Shown: one piece after another, positions 12,299 through 24,290 of the stretch
Position numbering within the stretch: position 1 is the stretch's first letter
How the letters are laid out: the number at the start of each line of letters is the position of its first letter
Assembly: GCF_006345805.1 (NCBI RefSeq)
Contig: NC_043001.1
Span: forward strand, 14,322,001-14,386,000
Length of the DNA stretch: 64,000 bases
DNA from: Octopus sinensis
Taxonomy: Eukaryota
Direction: 5' to 3'
Translations under genes and position numbers: made by a program
Notes under the pieces: model-generated
Told to the model about the DNA's origin: nothing
The model's database searches: none
What the model saw: only the letters and a program-made list of their open reading frames with translations

Positions 12299-12465
12299 AG
12301 GCACGGGAGTGGCGGTGTGGTAAGAAGCTTGCTTACCAACCACATGGCTCTGGGTTCAGTACCACTGTGTGGCACCTTGGGCAAATGTCTTCTACTATAG
12401 TCTCAAGCTGACCAAAGCCTTGTGAGTGGATTTGGTAGACGGAAACTGAAAGAAACCTGTCGTAT
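12299..12465 (+). mobile_element. SINE family 1, 5' half
   Basis: ggcacgggagtggcggtgtggtaag ... ggaaactgaaagaaacc. Confidence 0.8.
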
Positions 12466-13431
12466 ATATATGTATGTACAGCCATACCTAGGTTTCGAAT
12501 TCTAATTAGCAAATAAAATAATTTGCTAGGCTAAGTTCTCACCAGCTGTTTCAACAGCATTTTATTGCTGCTTTCGTAGATATATACGTACTTACTACCA
12601 TCAAACGATAACTAAGAGTTGCTTTAATGTCCTGTAAACTCAACACCAAGTACCTAGCCATTTGCAGCATCCTTCAAGTTGATATGCCTGGATTCTAACA
12701 AATCCTGTAACTAACCCCTCTCTCTCTCTCTCTATCTATCTATTTATCTATTTCTCTCCACACACACACACGATTCTTTTCCCATTTACTTCCCTAAATA
12801 TTCTTTCCTCCCTTCCTCATTGCAGGTTGACAAGTAGTAGTAATAATAATAATAATAATAAAACATATCAGCAGAAATCAGCATGTACAAAAAAAGAACA
12901 ACTGAGACAAAAGGGGAATATTTACCCAACAAACACATATTTGCACAGAAAATACATACAATTGAAAAACAGCTTAAATGGCAAATCATCAGACATTGTA
13001 ATTTAGACAATAAAACAATGGGAGGCCTGGAAATGTAAAGTTCCCACTATACTAGTTGTGAAAAATTTTTTTTTCCCTTCCTCCATTTGCATATAAGAAG
13101 TGTCTGCTGTTTTATCCAATGCATTCACTACTTAACGCAGAAGTGCATTGCAAAGGGTTTGCTCTCATTTTTTTCGGTTTTTTTTTTTTTTACAATAAAA
13201 GACATAATTTAGGGTGAAGCTCTCGAAAACAATAGACCAAACCTATTCTACTTAAATATTTCGCAATCGCTCCAAGCCAGTGAGAGAGAGAGAGAGGAAT
13301 TTTACAGCGCAAAAAATTTTTTTTCTATTTTTAAATGACTCCTGTTCATTGGTTTTTGTTTATTACTGTTGCTGTGCAACATTGAATCATAAACTTATGT
13401 ATCTTCGCACATACATATATTTGTATGTGTG

Positions 13432-13483
<52 letters not shown>

Positions 13484-13586
13484 ATATTATCATCATCGTC
13501 ATCATTTAACATCTGCTTTCAATGCTGGCATGGGTGGGATATATATATATATATATACTTTATTCAAAATCAGCAAAAATATTACA

Positions 13587-13632
13587 AAAACTGTTACTCA
13601 GCGTTTCACGTTCCCACTCGTCAGACAGTTTT
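13587..13632 (-). ncRNA. Type I hammerhead ribozyme motif, family B (Penelope-like repeat)
   Basis: Minus: aaaactgt CUGACGA gtg ggaa cgt GAAA cgc t gag UA acagtttt. Stem I is a perfect 8 bp; stems II and III are partly decayed. Confidence 0.65.
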
Positions 13633-13704
13633 GTCTAGAATGGTATATATAGATATATATATATGTATGTATATATGCATGTATGTATATCTATAAATAT
13701 GTAT

Positions 13705-13743
<39 letters not shown>

Positions 13744-13978
13744 CATTTACATATATATATTCTCATATATACAAATATACACACACAAACACATACATAT
13801 ATATACATATATATATCATCATCATCACGATCGTTTAACATCCATCTTCCAAGCTAGCATGATACACACACACACATATATACAGATATATATGGATATA
13901 TATTTATGTATATATATATATATATATGTGTGTGTGTATATATATATATATATATAATGTCTATGTGTGTGTGTATAT

Positions 13979-14037
<59 letters not shown>

Positions 14038-14793
14038 TATACACATATACATGTATATATAGATAGATAGATATGCATTTTTATGTAAGTATATGTGAAT
14101 ATGTACTGGTTTTCCTTTATACATTCTGCTCTGTGCTTTCATCCTGATTGCAAAATATCGGTAATTATTTTGATATCTAATTTAAAACGAAACAACCAAA
14201 TATTTTTAAAAGAAATTTTTTTGTTTTGGGGTTTTTTAAATCCCCACCACTACATTCTTTAAAAATCAAATATTTTATCGAAGATGTTCCAAAACAGCTG
14301 GATTGAATGAATCATACCGAAAAAAATGTTAACAATCTTTTAATGATTATCAGCAAAATAATTCTAATCCAAGAAAAAAAAAAAAAAAAAAAAAAAAACA
14401 AAAGTGAAAAATACTTGAAGTTCATGATAACTACAGCAAACATTTTTGATTGCCCCACTTTCAACCTTTTTGGGGTTTTTTTTTTGCTGTTTTTAACATT
14501 TTGGAATATTATTTATTATTATTCTGTATATAGTTACTTATTGATATCAATCTTTATGTGTCACACTTAAGATGATCCGATCTCACGAGAAATATATATT
14601 CCAAGCTAGCTCTATCTACATTTATTGTCATGTGACTAACACATGATAACATTTAATCTCCATGTTTCGTCCCAAAATAGCTGTTTTGTTGTTACTGAGA
14701 GAAATGAGCCTGTTTTACAAGAACTTCAGACCGAAGACAAACACTAGTTCATTCTACTTTTCCACCCAGCATATATTCTTTCCTCAACATATA

Positions 14794-15209
14794 GGCGCAG
14801 GAGTGGCTGTGTGGTAAGTAGCTTGCTTACCAACCACACGGTTCCGGGTTCAGTCCCACTGCGTGGCATCTTGGGCAAGTGTCTTCTGCTATAGCCCCGG
14901 GCCGACCAATGCCTTGTGAGTGGATTTGGTAGACGGAAACTGAAAGAAGCCTGTCGTATATATGTATATATATGTATATATAAGTGTGTGTGTATGTGTT
15001 TGTGTGTCTATGTTTGTCCCCCTAGCATTGCTTGACAACCGATGCTGGTGTGTTTACATCCCCGTCACTTAGCGGTTCGGCAAAAGAGACCGATAGAATA
15101 AGTACTGGGCTTACAAAGACTAAGTCCCGGAGTCGATTTGCTAGACTAAAGGCGGTGCCCCAGCATGGCCGCAGTCAAATGACTGAAACAAGTAAAAGAG
15201 TAAAAGAGT
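14794..15209 (+). mobile_element. SINE family 1, full-length young copy
   Basis: A-box tggctgtgtgg, B-box ggttcagtccc, internal (TA/TG)n, 3' (gtaaaaga)n tail. Confidence 0.92.
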
Positions 15210-15254
15210 ATATCCCACACACTACATCTTCTAACCTCTATATATCCTTGTCTT

Positions 15255-15487
15255 AAGGCGGCAAGCTGGCAGAAACATTAGCACGCCGGGCGAAATGCGT
15301 AGCCGTATTTTGTCTGGCATTACGTTCTGAGTTCAAATTCCGCCGAGGTCGACTTTACCTTTCATCCTTTCAGGGTCGATAAATTAAGTACCAGTTATGC
15401 ACTGGGGTCAATGTAATCGACTTAATACCTATGTCTGTCCTTGTTTGTCCCCTCTGTGTTTAGCCCCTTGTGGGTAGTAAAGAAATA
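15255..15487 (+). mobile_element. SINE family 2, monomeric copy
   Basis: aaggcggcaagctggcagaa ... gtgggtagtaaagaaata. Confidence 0.88.
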
Positions 15488-15581
15488 TCTATATATCCTT
15501 GTCTGTTTCTCTACTAACCCTGATATAAATGTGTATGTGTGTGTGTGTGTGGTGTGTGTGTTTGTGTGCGTGCCTGCGTGA

Positions 15582-15905
15582 AGGCACAAGGCTTAGTGGT
15601 TAGGGCATTCAGCTCGTGATCGTAAGGTCATGAGTTCAATTCCTGGCAACATGTTGTGTCCTTGAGCAAGACACTTTATTTCACGTTACTCCAGTCCACT
15701 CAGCTGGCAAAAATTAGTAGTACCTGTATTTGAAAGGGCCAGCCAGCTTTGTCATACTCTGTGTCACGCTGAATCTCCCTGAGAACTACATTAAGGGTAC
15801 GCGTGTCCATGGAGTGCTCAGTCACTTGCACATTAATTTCACAAGCGGGCTGTTCCGTTGATCGTATCAGTTGGGACCCTTGTCTTCGTAACCGATGGAG
15901 TGCTC
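15582..15905 (+). mobile_element. tRNA-derived SINE family 4
   Basis: ggcttagtggttagggc A-box, gagttcaattcc B-box, gtgtccttgagcaagacac core. Homologues at 35860-36230, 38720-39005 and 53030-53350. Confidence 0.82.
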
Positions 15906-16199
15906 CTTAATACATATATATATATATATATGAGGGGAAGTCAAAAATTATCTACATTTGTGCCATATCATATCTTTATTATCATCGAAGGGCATCCAGC
16001 TGTAGAAACTCTGCCAGATCAAGATTGGAACCTGGTGCAGCCATCTGGTTCGCCAGCCCTCAGTCAAAATCGTCCAACCCATGCTAGCATGGAAAGCGGA
16101 TGTAAAACGATGATGATGATGATGATGATGATGACACTGTCTCCTATGCATGTGTGCTTATAGTTGGTACTATTGTAATCATGTGATCGAAGTTTGAGC

Positions 16200-16490
16200 C
16201 TGATCACACCATTTTTCTTTCTGACTTTACAGTGTAAGCATGGCCACTCCACTATCAATGTGCACCAAAGAGGAACAAAGAGTAGTAATCCAAGAGTTGG
16301 TAATGGTGAACTGTTGACCTTGCTGAATCTTCTCATCAGGGGTGGAGGCTGAAAGGTGTCCTGCTCCCTCTTCCTGTGTCACGCTTGTCCAGCCACTTTT
16401 AAACTTCTTGATCCACTCGTACACACTTCTATGCGGTAGTGCACCGTCCCCCTATTGTGCTAAAGGCCTCTGATGAATTTCAGCACCTGA
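16200..16490 (-). mobile_element. Mariner-type transposase remnant (HTH region)
   Basis: AEIHQR...SVYEWIKKFKSGWTSVTQEEGAGHLSASTPDEKI matches the mariner W..RF..G..S..D..R.GRP pattern. TIR-like gaggggaagtcaaaaattatc near 15932. Confidence 0.7.
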
Positions 16491-16491
16491 C

Positions 16492-16523
<32 letters not shown>

Positions 16524-16531
<8 letters not shown>

Positions 16532-16818
16532 ATCACATGACCGACCAGTCCATCAGATGTAGTTACACATCGCTGGTCACAATGCGCTTTGCATTGTTTT
16601 AGCCTTCGAATGACGCCACCCCGCTGGCTAAGCGAGCAGGCCAACAGAAGAAAGAGGGGGAGAAAGAGTGATGAAAGAGTACAGCAGGGATCACCACCCC
16701 CTGCCGGAGCCTCGTGGAGCTTTTAGGTGTTTTCGCTCAATAAACACTCACAACGCCTGGTCTGGGAATCGAAACTGCGATCCTACGACCGCGAGTTCGC
16801 TGCCCTAACCACTGGGCT
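16524..16818 (-). mobile_element. tRNA(Arg)-like SINE family 3
   Basis: cccagtggttagggcagcgaactcgcggtcgtaggatcgcagtttcgattccc head; tcacgtgatcac tail. Confidence 0.88.
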
Positions 16819-18068
16819 ATATATATGTGAGTATGTATATATGTGTGTGTGTGTGTGTGTGTATGTATGTACTTGTGTGTCCGTGTTTGTCCCCCAGCAT
16901 CGCTTCACAACCGATGCTGGTGTGTTTACGTCCCCGTAACTTAACAGTTCAGCATAAGAGACCGATAGAATAAGTACTAGCATTACAAAGAATAAGTCTT
17001 GGGGGTCGATTTGCTCGACTAAAGGAGGTGCTCCAGCATGGCCGCAGTCAAATGACTGAAACAAGTAAATGAGTAAAAGAAAAAAAAGAACATGGTTGCA
17101 TGTGTGTATACATATAGCTGTGTGTATACAGAAACATCAGTGTGTATATATATATATGTGTATACATGTTTCATGTATAGATGTGTGTATGTGTGTATAT
17201 GCCTGGCTGTATGCATACATGTGTGTCAATGTATGCATATATGTCACTGTGTGTGTGTATATGTGTGTTTGTAACCGTCTCTTGAGTGCATAATTAAATA
17301 AGGAGGATGATTTTGTCTCTGACTATGTATAACAATGTGTGTGTGTGTGAATGACTGTATGTATGTGTGTATGTGTGCGTGTATGTGTGCGTGTATGTGT
17401 GAATGTGTATGTGTGTATGTGTGTGCATCAGTTGACTTTCTGTTCGTGTGTGCATGTGTGTGTATGTGTGTAAATTTTCTTTTTGTGTATGTATATGCGT
17501 GTAGATTTTGTGTTGTGTGTTGTTTGTGTGTGTGTATGTGTCTGTCTGTGTGTGTATGTAAGCATGTGTGTGCATGAGCATGTGTGTGTGTGTGTGTGTA
17601 AATTTTCTTTTTGTGTATGTATATGTGTGTAGATTTTATATATGTGTTGTGTGTGTTGTATGTTGTGTGTGTGTCTGTCTGTGTCTGTCTGTGTGTTTAA
17701 ACGAAATAATCTATTTATCAGATATTTCAGCCCAGAAAAAGTGGATAAGTGCTAATTTATCAGGTGACCAATGTGAAAATTAGAAGATGAGACAGTTGCT
17801 AATATCGTATGTTGCTATATTGTTTTTACCTGACATGACTCAACCTTAGCAACCAATCAAAACAACAAGGTGAAAAAAAACAGACAAATAAATTATTCGT
17901 CTTTTATGAAATATATTCAATATCGAAGTCCAAGCACCGCATGCCGATTTCTTCATAATACCAAAATACACACGTACACGCATTCACACACACACACATA
18001 CATACATGCACACATCCATGCATGCACACACACATTCACATGTGCATGCTCATATACACACACATACA

Positions 18069-18230
18069 GGTGCAGGCATGGCTGTGTGGTAAGAAACTTG
18101 CTTCCCGACCACATGGTTCTGGGTTCAGTCCCACTGTGGAGCACCTTGGGCAAGTGTCTTCTACCAAACCCTCGGGCCGACCAAAGCCTTGTGAGTGGAT
18201 TTGGTAGATGGAAACTAGAAGAAGCCTGTC

Positions 18231-18263
<33 letters not shown>

Positions 18264-18480
18264 TAGTTTGTGTGTCTATGCTTGTCCCCCCCAATATTGC
18301 TAGGCAACCGATGCTGGTGCGTTTACGTCCCCGTAACTTAACAGTTCAGCATAAGAGACCGATAGAATAAGTACTAGGCTCACAAAGAGTAAGTCCTGGG
18401 ATTGATTTGCTCAACTAAAGGTGGTGCACCAGCATGGCCACAGTCAAATGAATGAAACAAATAAAAGAATAAAAGAACAT
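18069..18480 (+). mobile_element. SINE family 1, full-length
   Basis: Same head, body and tail as 14794-15209. Confidence 0.88.
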
Positions 18481-19592
18481 ATATATATATATCATCATCA
18501 TCATATATATATATATATGGGGGGTGTCTTTGTATATGTGTTTGTCCACCCCCCCCCCCCATCACCACTTGACAACCAGTGTTTGTGTGTTTACATTCCT
18601 GTAACTTAGCAGTTCAGTAAAAGAGATTGATAGAATAAGTACCAGGCTTCAAAAAAATAAAACTAAATACTGAGGTCAATTCATTCGACTAAAAAAATCC
18701 TCAAAGCGGTGCCCCAGCATGGTCGCAGTCTAATGACTGAAACAAGTAAAAGATAAAAAGATAAAAGATATATCACCATCATCATAAACACCACCACCAT
18801 CATCATCATCATCAAAAACACCATCACCATCATCGTCGTCATCATCATTATTATCGTCAACCATCATCATCATCATCACCATCACCATCATCATAAACAC
18901 CATCATCATCATCACCACCATCATCATCATCACCATCATCATCATCATAAACACCATCACCATCATCGTCATCATCATCATTATTATCATCAACCATCAT
19001 CATCATCATCATCAGTATCATCATCATCATCACCATCACCACCATCATCATAAACACCATCACCATCATCATCATCATCATCTTTTAACATCTATGTCCT
19101 ATGCTGGCATGGGTTGGACAGGTGTCACGGGGTCTGATGTGTCCAAGGGCTGCATCAACCTCCAACATCTGCTTAAGCAAGGTTCTTACCCCTCAGGTGC
19201 CCTTCCTGATGCCAACCACTCTACAGAGTGGACTGTATGTTTTTTTTATCATGCCACATGCACATTAGTAAGATCACCTTTGCAGTACCCAGGACTATGA
19301 ACCCTAGGGGAGATAATGGGAGCGGGGAGAGGGAGGGGGTCAGCTTCATTCTAGAAATATCTTCAGCTATAAATAAGAACATAAAACTACTTCTCAATTT
19401 CAAACATTCTGTTAGAGACATCTTAAAATATCTGGCTGATATTAATCCATATCTAGATTATAATCTCCGTATAGGAACATGTATATGGTATGAGTTACTT
19501 TCAAAAAGCTGTGCTTGATTGTTAGATGTAAGTTTGTACGATAAACAAGAGATAAAGATGCCACCAAACCTCCACACTGTGATAGAATATAT

Positions 19593-20500
19593 CAGTTTTA
19601 CAGTTCTATATTTAAGAGATAAGGAATTATGTACATTATTTACATTTGACGGATATTTGTCCTCATCTTGTTTGTTGTTAACACAACGTTTCAGCTGATA
19701 TACCCTCCAGCCTTCATCAGGTGTCTTGGGGAAATTTCAAACCTGGGTTCTCATTCCTAAGGTATTTTTCAATGTTATTATTATTATTGAGGAGAGAGCA
19801 GTGCATGCCATCAAAGTGACACTGGGGTACAAATATACGAAGTCCAGTATACCCATCAGGACTACCCGTCTGATAAGGGTACACCTAGGCACATGCATCA
19901 CAAAACATATGTGCGCGACATGGTGATCTCATATCAGATAAACAGCACATACCTTGCAGTGGGGCCCAGTTAGAATTTTTCTGGTCAAGTAGCCCATCCC
20001 GCTGAAAAAGGTCCCTAAATAAGGTTGTTTAAGGATGTTGAAAGAAACACCATGTTCCAGAGGTGAATATTCAAACCCCAAAGAATCCCTCTCAAACATG
20101 GCTATGATGTTCCCCCACTACTTTTACTCGTGATCAGAGATGCACATATCATCAGCCACTAAGGGACATGCTCAACTGGTTACGGTCAAACAACTGACAA
20201 GCAAATCTGTGGTATTGAGCAGAATATTTGCTGTAGGCCATCTTTTATACCAAGACAAAACAATGTACATGATAACACTTCCAATATTATTATTATTATT
20301 TTTCCTTCTTTCTTCAAATTTTCTTCCATTTCTCATCGAGTGTTTTCCGTACACCTAGGGCAGAGAAGCTCCTTGTATGCATTCCCAGATTACACTATTA
20401 TTATGATTACTATTATTCAGGTCACTGCCTGGAATGAAACTCGGAACCTTGGGGTCAGAAGACCATGCTCTTAACCACTACGCCATATACTCGTGGGCAT
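19593..20500 (-). mobile_element. Composite element copy 2 (tRNA-like head 20417-20495, TAA spacer with nested inserts, Penelope-type hammerhead tail)
   Basis: Head tatatggcgtagtggttaagagcatgg...gagtttcattccaggcagtgacctg; tail nearly identical to 41375-41548. Confidence 0.78.
19680..19725 (-). ncRNA. Minimal type I hammerhead ribozyme motif, family A
   Basis: gacac CUGAUGA a ggctg gagggtatat cagct GAAA cg UU gtgtt. Confidence 0.75.
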
Positions 20501-20502
20501 AT

Positions 20503-20995
20503 AGGTTTTGCTACATCAGTGCGGAGGACATCACCCACATCATTAGAAGCTGCCCCCAAATGTTCGCTTTCCAGACATTTGTACATTACTGCATATACTT
20601 TATACGCACTTTCTGACAAGTTGTGGTGCACCTGAGCACTGTATACAATAATTTCATTATTATTTTTATTATTATCTACAAGATACAACCTGCTCATAAG
20701 GCATGTTATAGTTGCAAAGATCATTTACAATGCTATCAGCTGAAAGGATTACCTTGACAGGTATATCAAAGGCATGTCAGAACAAACAGGTATTCACATC
20801 TTTAAAAACAATGAATACCGGTGCAACACTTCAATAAAAACTGCAATTCAGCGCAAACATAACAGACCTGTTATTGTTCTGTGGTACAGTGAACACAAGC
20901 AATTCACTGTCGGAGAGGTCAGCTGCCCAGGAGAGGTGAATGTACTAGGGGAAAGAGAACATTTACAGCTAACTAATGCAGAACTTACAACTCTC
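20503..20995 (+). mobile_element. Degenerate R4/Dong-like (RLE) LINE fragment
   Basis: FC...EDITHIIRSCPQM, RHVIVAKIIYNAI and KHNRPVIVLW...VGEVSCP correspond to the CCHC knuckle and PD-(D/E)xK endonuclease region. Interrupted by a short CR1-like tail near 20575-20660. Confidence 0.75.
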
Positions 20996-21619
20996 GTACC
21001 CTCTTTTGTTCTCTTTTACTTGTTTCAGTTATTTGACTGTGGCCATGCTGGAGCACCGCCTTTAGTCGAGCAAATCGACTGTGGCCATGCTGGAGCACCA
21101 TCAAATGACTGAAACAAGTAAAAGAGTAAAAGAATAACCATTGCAATGTATATTTACATTGAAATGCCAGATCTTCAGCAGAAAATAGTAATTTAATCCA
21201 TTGTTAATGACCAGGGCTTCTTTCAGTTTCCATCAACTAAATTTCACTAAAAAGGCAGCAGTCAGCTCACAGATTTTGTAGAAGACACCAGATGACAGTG
21301 TTTCCATAAGAGGAATGAACTCAAAGCCACATGATTCTGAGACAAAACTTCCTAACCACGCAGCTATAGTTGTTCTTAGTGTCTATATTTGAACCACAGC
21401 CTATATTTGATCTAATATCTATATTTGACCAACTTTCTATATTTGAATCATAGTCAATATTTTGTCCATCATTCATACTTGACCCACTGCCAATATTTGA
21501 ACCATGGTCTATATTTGATCTGTTGTCTATATCTGATATAATGTCTAAAAACTGTTTGTATTTAAGAGATATAACGCTGTTGTTTTATGGGAATTGGAAA
21601 CATTGAAAATATAATTCTT

Positions 21620-22195
21620 TCTACTGTAAGCACAAGGCCTGGATTTTTCGTGGGGAGGGGGCAAGTCAATTACATCAACCCCAATGCATAACTGGTACTT
21701 GATTTATCGACCCCGAAAGGATGAAAAGCAAAGTCAACCCCGGTGACATTTGATGTCAGAACACGAAGACAGATGAAGTACCTATTTCTTTACTACCCAC
21801 AAGGGGCTAAACATAGAGGGGACAAACAAAGACAGACAAACGGATTAAGTCGATTACGTCGACCCCAGTGCGTAACTGGTACTTAATTTATTGACCCCGA
21901 ATAGATGAAAGGCAAAGTCGACCTCGGCGGAATTTGAACTCAGAACGTAACAGCAGACGAAATACCTATTTCTTTACTACCCACAAGGGGCTACACACAG
22001 AGAGGACAAACAAGGACAGACAAACGGATTAAGTCGATTATATCGACCCAGTTCGTAACTGGTACTTATTTAATCGACCCCGAAAGGATGAAAGGCAAAG
22101 TTGACCTCAGTGGAATTTGAACTCAGAGCGTAGCGGCAGACGAAATACCGCTAAGCATTTCGCCCAGTGTGCTAATGTTTCTACCAGCTCACCAC
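21620..22195 (-). mobile_element. SINE family 2, trimeric body
   Basis: Three cgaccccgaaaggatgaaaggcaaagtc units joined at aatacc|tatttcttt. Confidence 0.85.
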
Positions 22196-23844
22196 CTGAA
22201 ACATTGGAAATATAAACTTTTTTTGTTTTTTCTACTCTAGGCACAATGTCCAAAATTTTGGGGGAGGGGGGCAGTTGATTAGATCAACCGCATTAGATCA
22301 TTTCTCGGTTCCACTCCCTCTCCCAGCGGAGAAGTCTTTGCCTTGTGAGCTCACAGGTGCTGGTACGAAAGGCAACTGTATCAGGGCCACATACAAAGTA
22401 CCCTTGCAAGTGTCACATAAAAACAAACAAAAAAAAAAGTGGTTTGCATTAGGAAGGGTGTCCAGCCAATTAGAAACTGTACCAAAACAGACAAGTGGAG
22501 TCTAGTGTAGCTCTCAGAACTTACCAGCTCCTATCAAGCTGCCCGACCCATGCCATGTGGGTTGGGCAGCTTGATAGGAGCTGGTAAGGCTGAGAGCTAC
22601 AGACTCCACTTGTCTGTTTGGTGGCCATTTGATGATGATGATGATGATGATAATGGTGGTGGTGGTGGTGGTGGTGGTGGTCAAGCGATGTTGGGAGGAC
22701 AAACACAGACACACACACACACACATATATATATATACATATATACGACAGGCTTCTTTTAGTTTCCGTCTACCAAATCCACTCACAAGGCTTTGGTCAG
22801 CCTGAGGCTATAGTAGAATTAATTGGTGGTGGTGGTTGTGGTAATGATGATGGTGGTGGTGGTGGTTGTCAAGCGATGTTGGGAGGACAAACACAGACAC
22901 ACAAACACACACACATATATATATATACATATACATATATACATATATACGACAGGCTTCTTTCAGTTTCCGTCTACCAAATCCACTCACAAGGCTTTGG
23001 TTGGCCTGAGACTATAGTAGAATTAATTGGTGGTGGTGATGATGATGATGATGATAACGATGATGATGAGGAGGAGGAGGATTTAAAGAAAGAATAACAG
23101 CTGTTAGCTAATACATAACTATGTCCTTTAAGTTCTTGACTGAGATTAAGGCAATACAAAAATGTGTACAAATATTCATATATGATCGTCTGGCTGGGTT
23201 TTTCTGCTCTGATCCTTCTCCTCTTGTTCTTTATCACACTTCCTTTGCTTTCTCTCTCTCTCTCCCTCTCTCTCTCTCTCTGTCTTCCTCTTTCTCTCCC
23301 CCTTTCTCTCCTCCATCATCACACTTGAAGCAGACACTTTTCTTCAAACATCAGAATTAAAGAATTAAATTAAAATGTCAAAGTATGTTTTTAGCAATCT
23401 TCAACGTCCTTGAAATTCGATGTTTTATTTCAAATTGCTCTTTGAAATAATGATTTATTTTGACTGGACATAAGGTCAAGTTGTTGTTGTTGTTACGGCT
23501 GTTATATTCCTCCAGGTCATCCTTGATAAAGAAAATTCATGATCAAAGATAGTCTTTGATCAATCTGTTTTAGTTCTTGTTATTTTTTTTTATTTGATAT
23601 CTTTTTTTCTTTTTTTTTTTATTCAGACTTGGAGCCTCAAAACCACATTATGAAATGTTTTCTTTATTCTATAAGAAGGTAGGGTCTAAAGTAGCTGTTC
23701 TCAACCGGGGGGGGGGGGCATACCACCCTTGGGGGTACACAAAGGATTTGTTAAAATTTGTTAAAATTTATGGCAATAAATTGGCTATACTTCAACACCA
23801 CACCAAATATTTTAATTTCCTTCAATACAATTACTCTTTACACT

Positions 23845-24254
23845 TTACTCTTTTACTTGTTTCAGTCATTTGACTGTGGCCATGCTGGAGCACCGCCCTT
23901 AGTCAAGCAAATCAACCCCAGGACTTATTCTTTGTAAGCATAGTACTTATTCTATTGGTCTCTTTTGCTGAACCGCTAAGCCACAGGGACCTAAACACAC
24001 CAGCATCGGTTGTCAAGCGATGTTGGGGGGACAAACACAGACAGACAAACACACACACATATATATACATATACATATATACATATATACGACAGGCTTC
24101 TTTCAGTTTCCGTCTACCAAATCCACTCACAAGGCATTGGTCGGCCCGGGGCTATAGTAGAAGACACTTGCCCAAGGTGCCATGCAGTCGGACTGAACCC
24201 GGAACCATGTGGTTGGTAAGCAAGCTACTTACCACGCAGCCACTCCTACGCCTA
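23845..24254 (-). mobile_element. SINE family 1, full-length, nested in a hAT-like MITE (ends near 23692 and 24626)
   Basis: Full SINE; flanking gttctcaacc and gttgagaaccactg termini. Confidence 0.85.
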
Positions 24255-24290
24255 TATAATATTTTATTCTTTTATTCTTTTACTTGTTTC

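Noticed and set aside
14794-14870. tRNA genes at SINE heads (also 11536, 20417, 25980, 39021)
   Set aside because: A/B boxes are present but there is no complete cloverleaf, and each continues into a repeat body.
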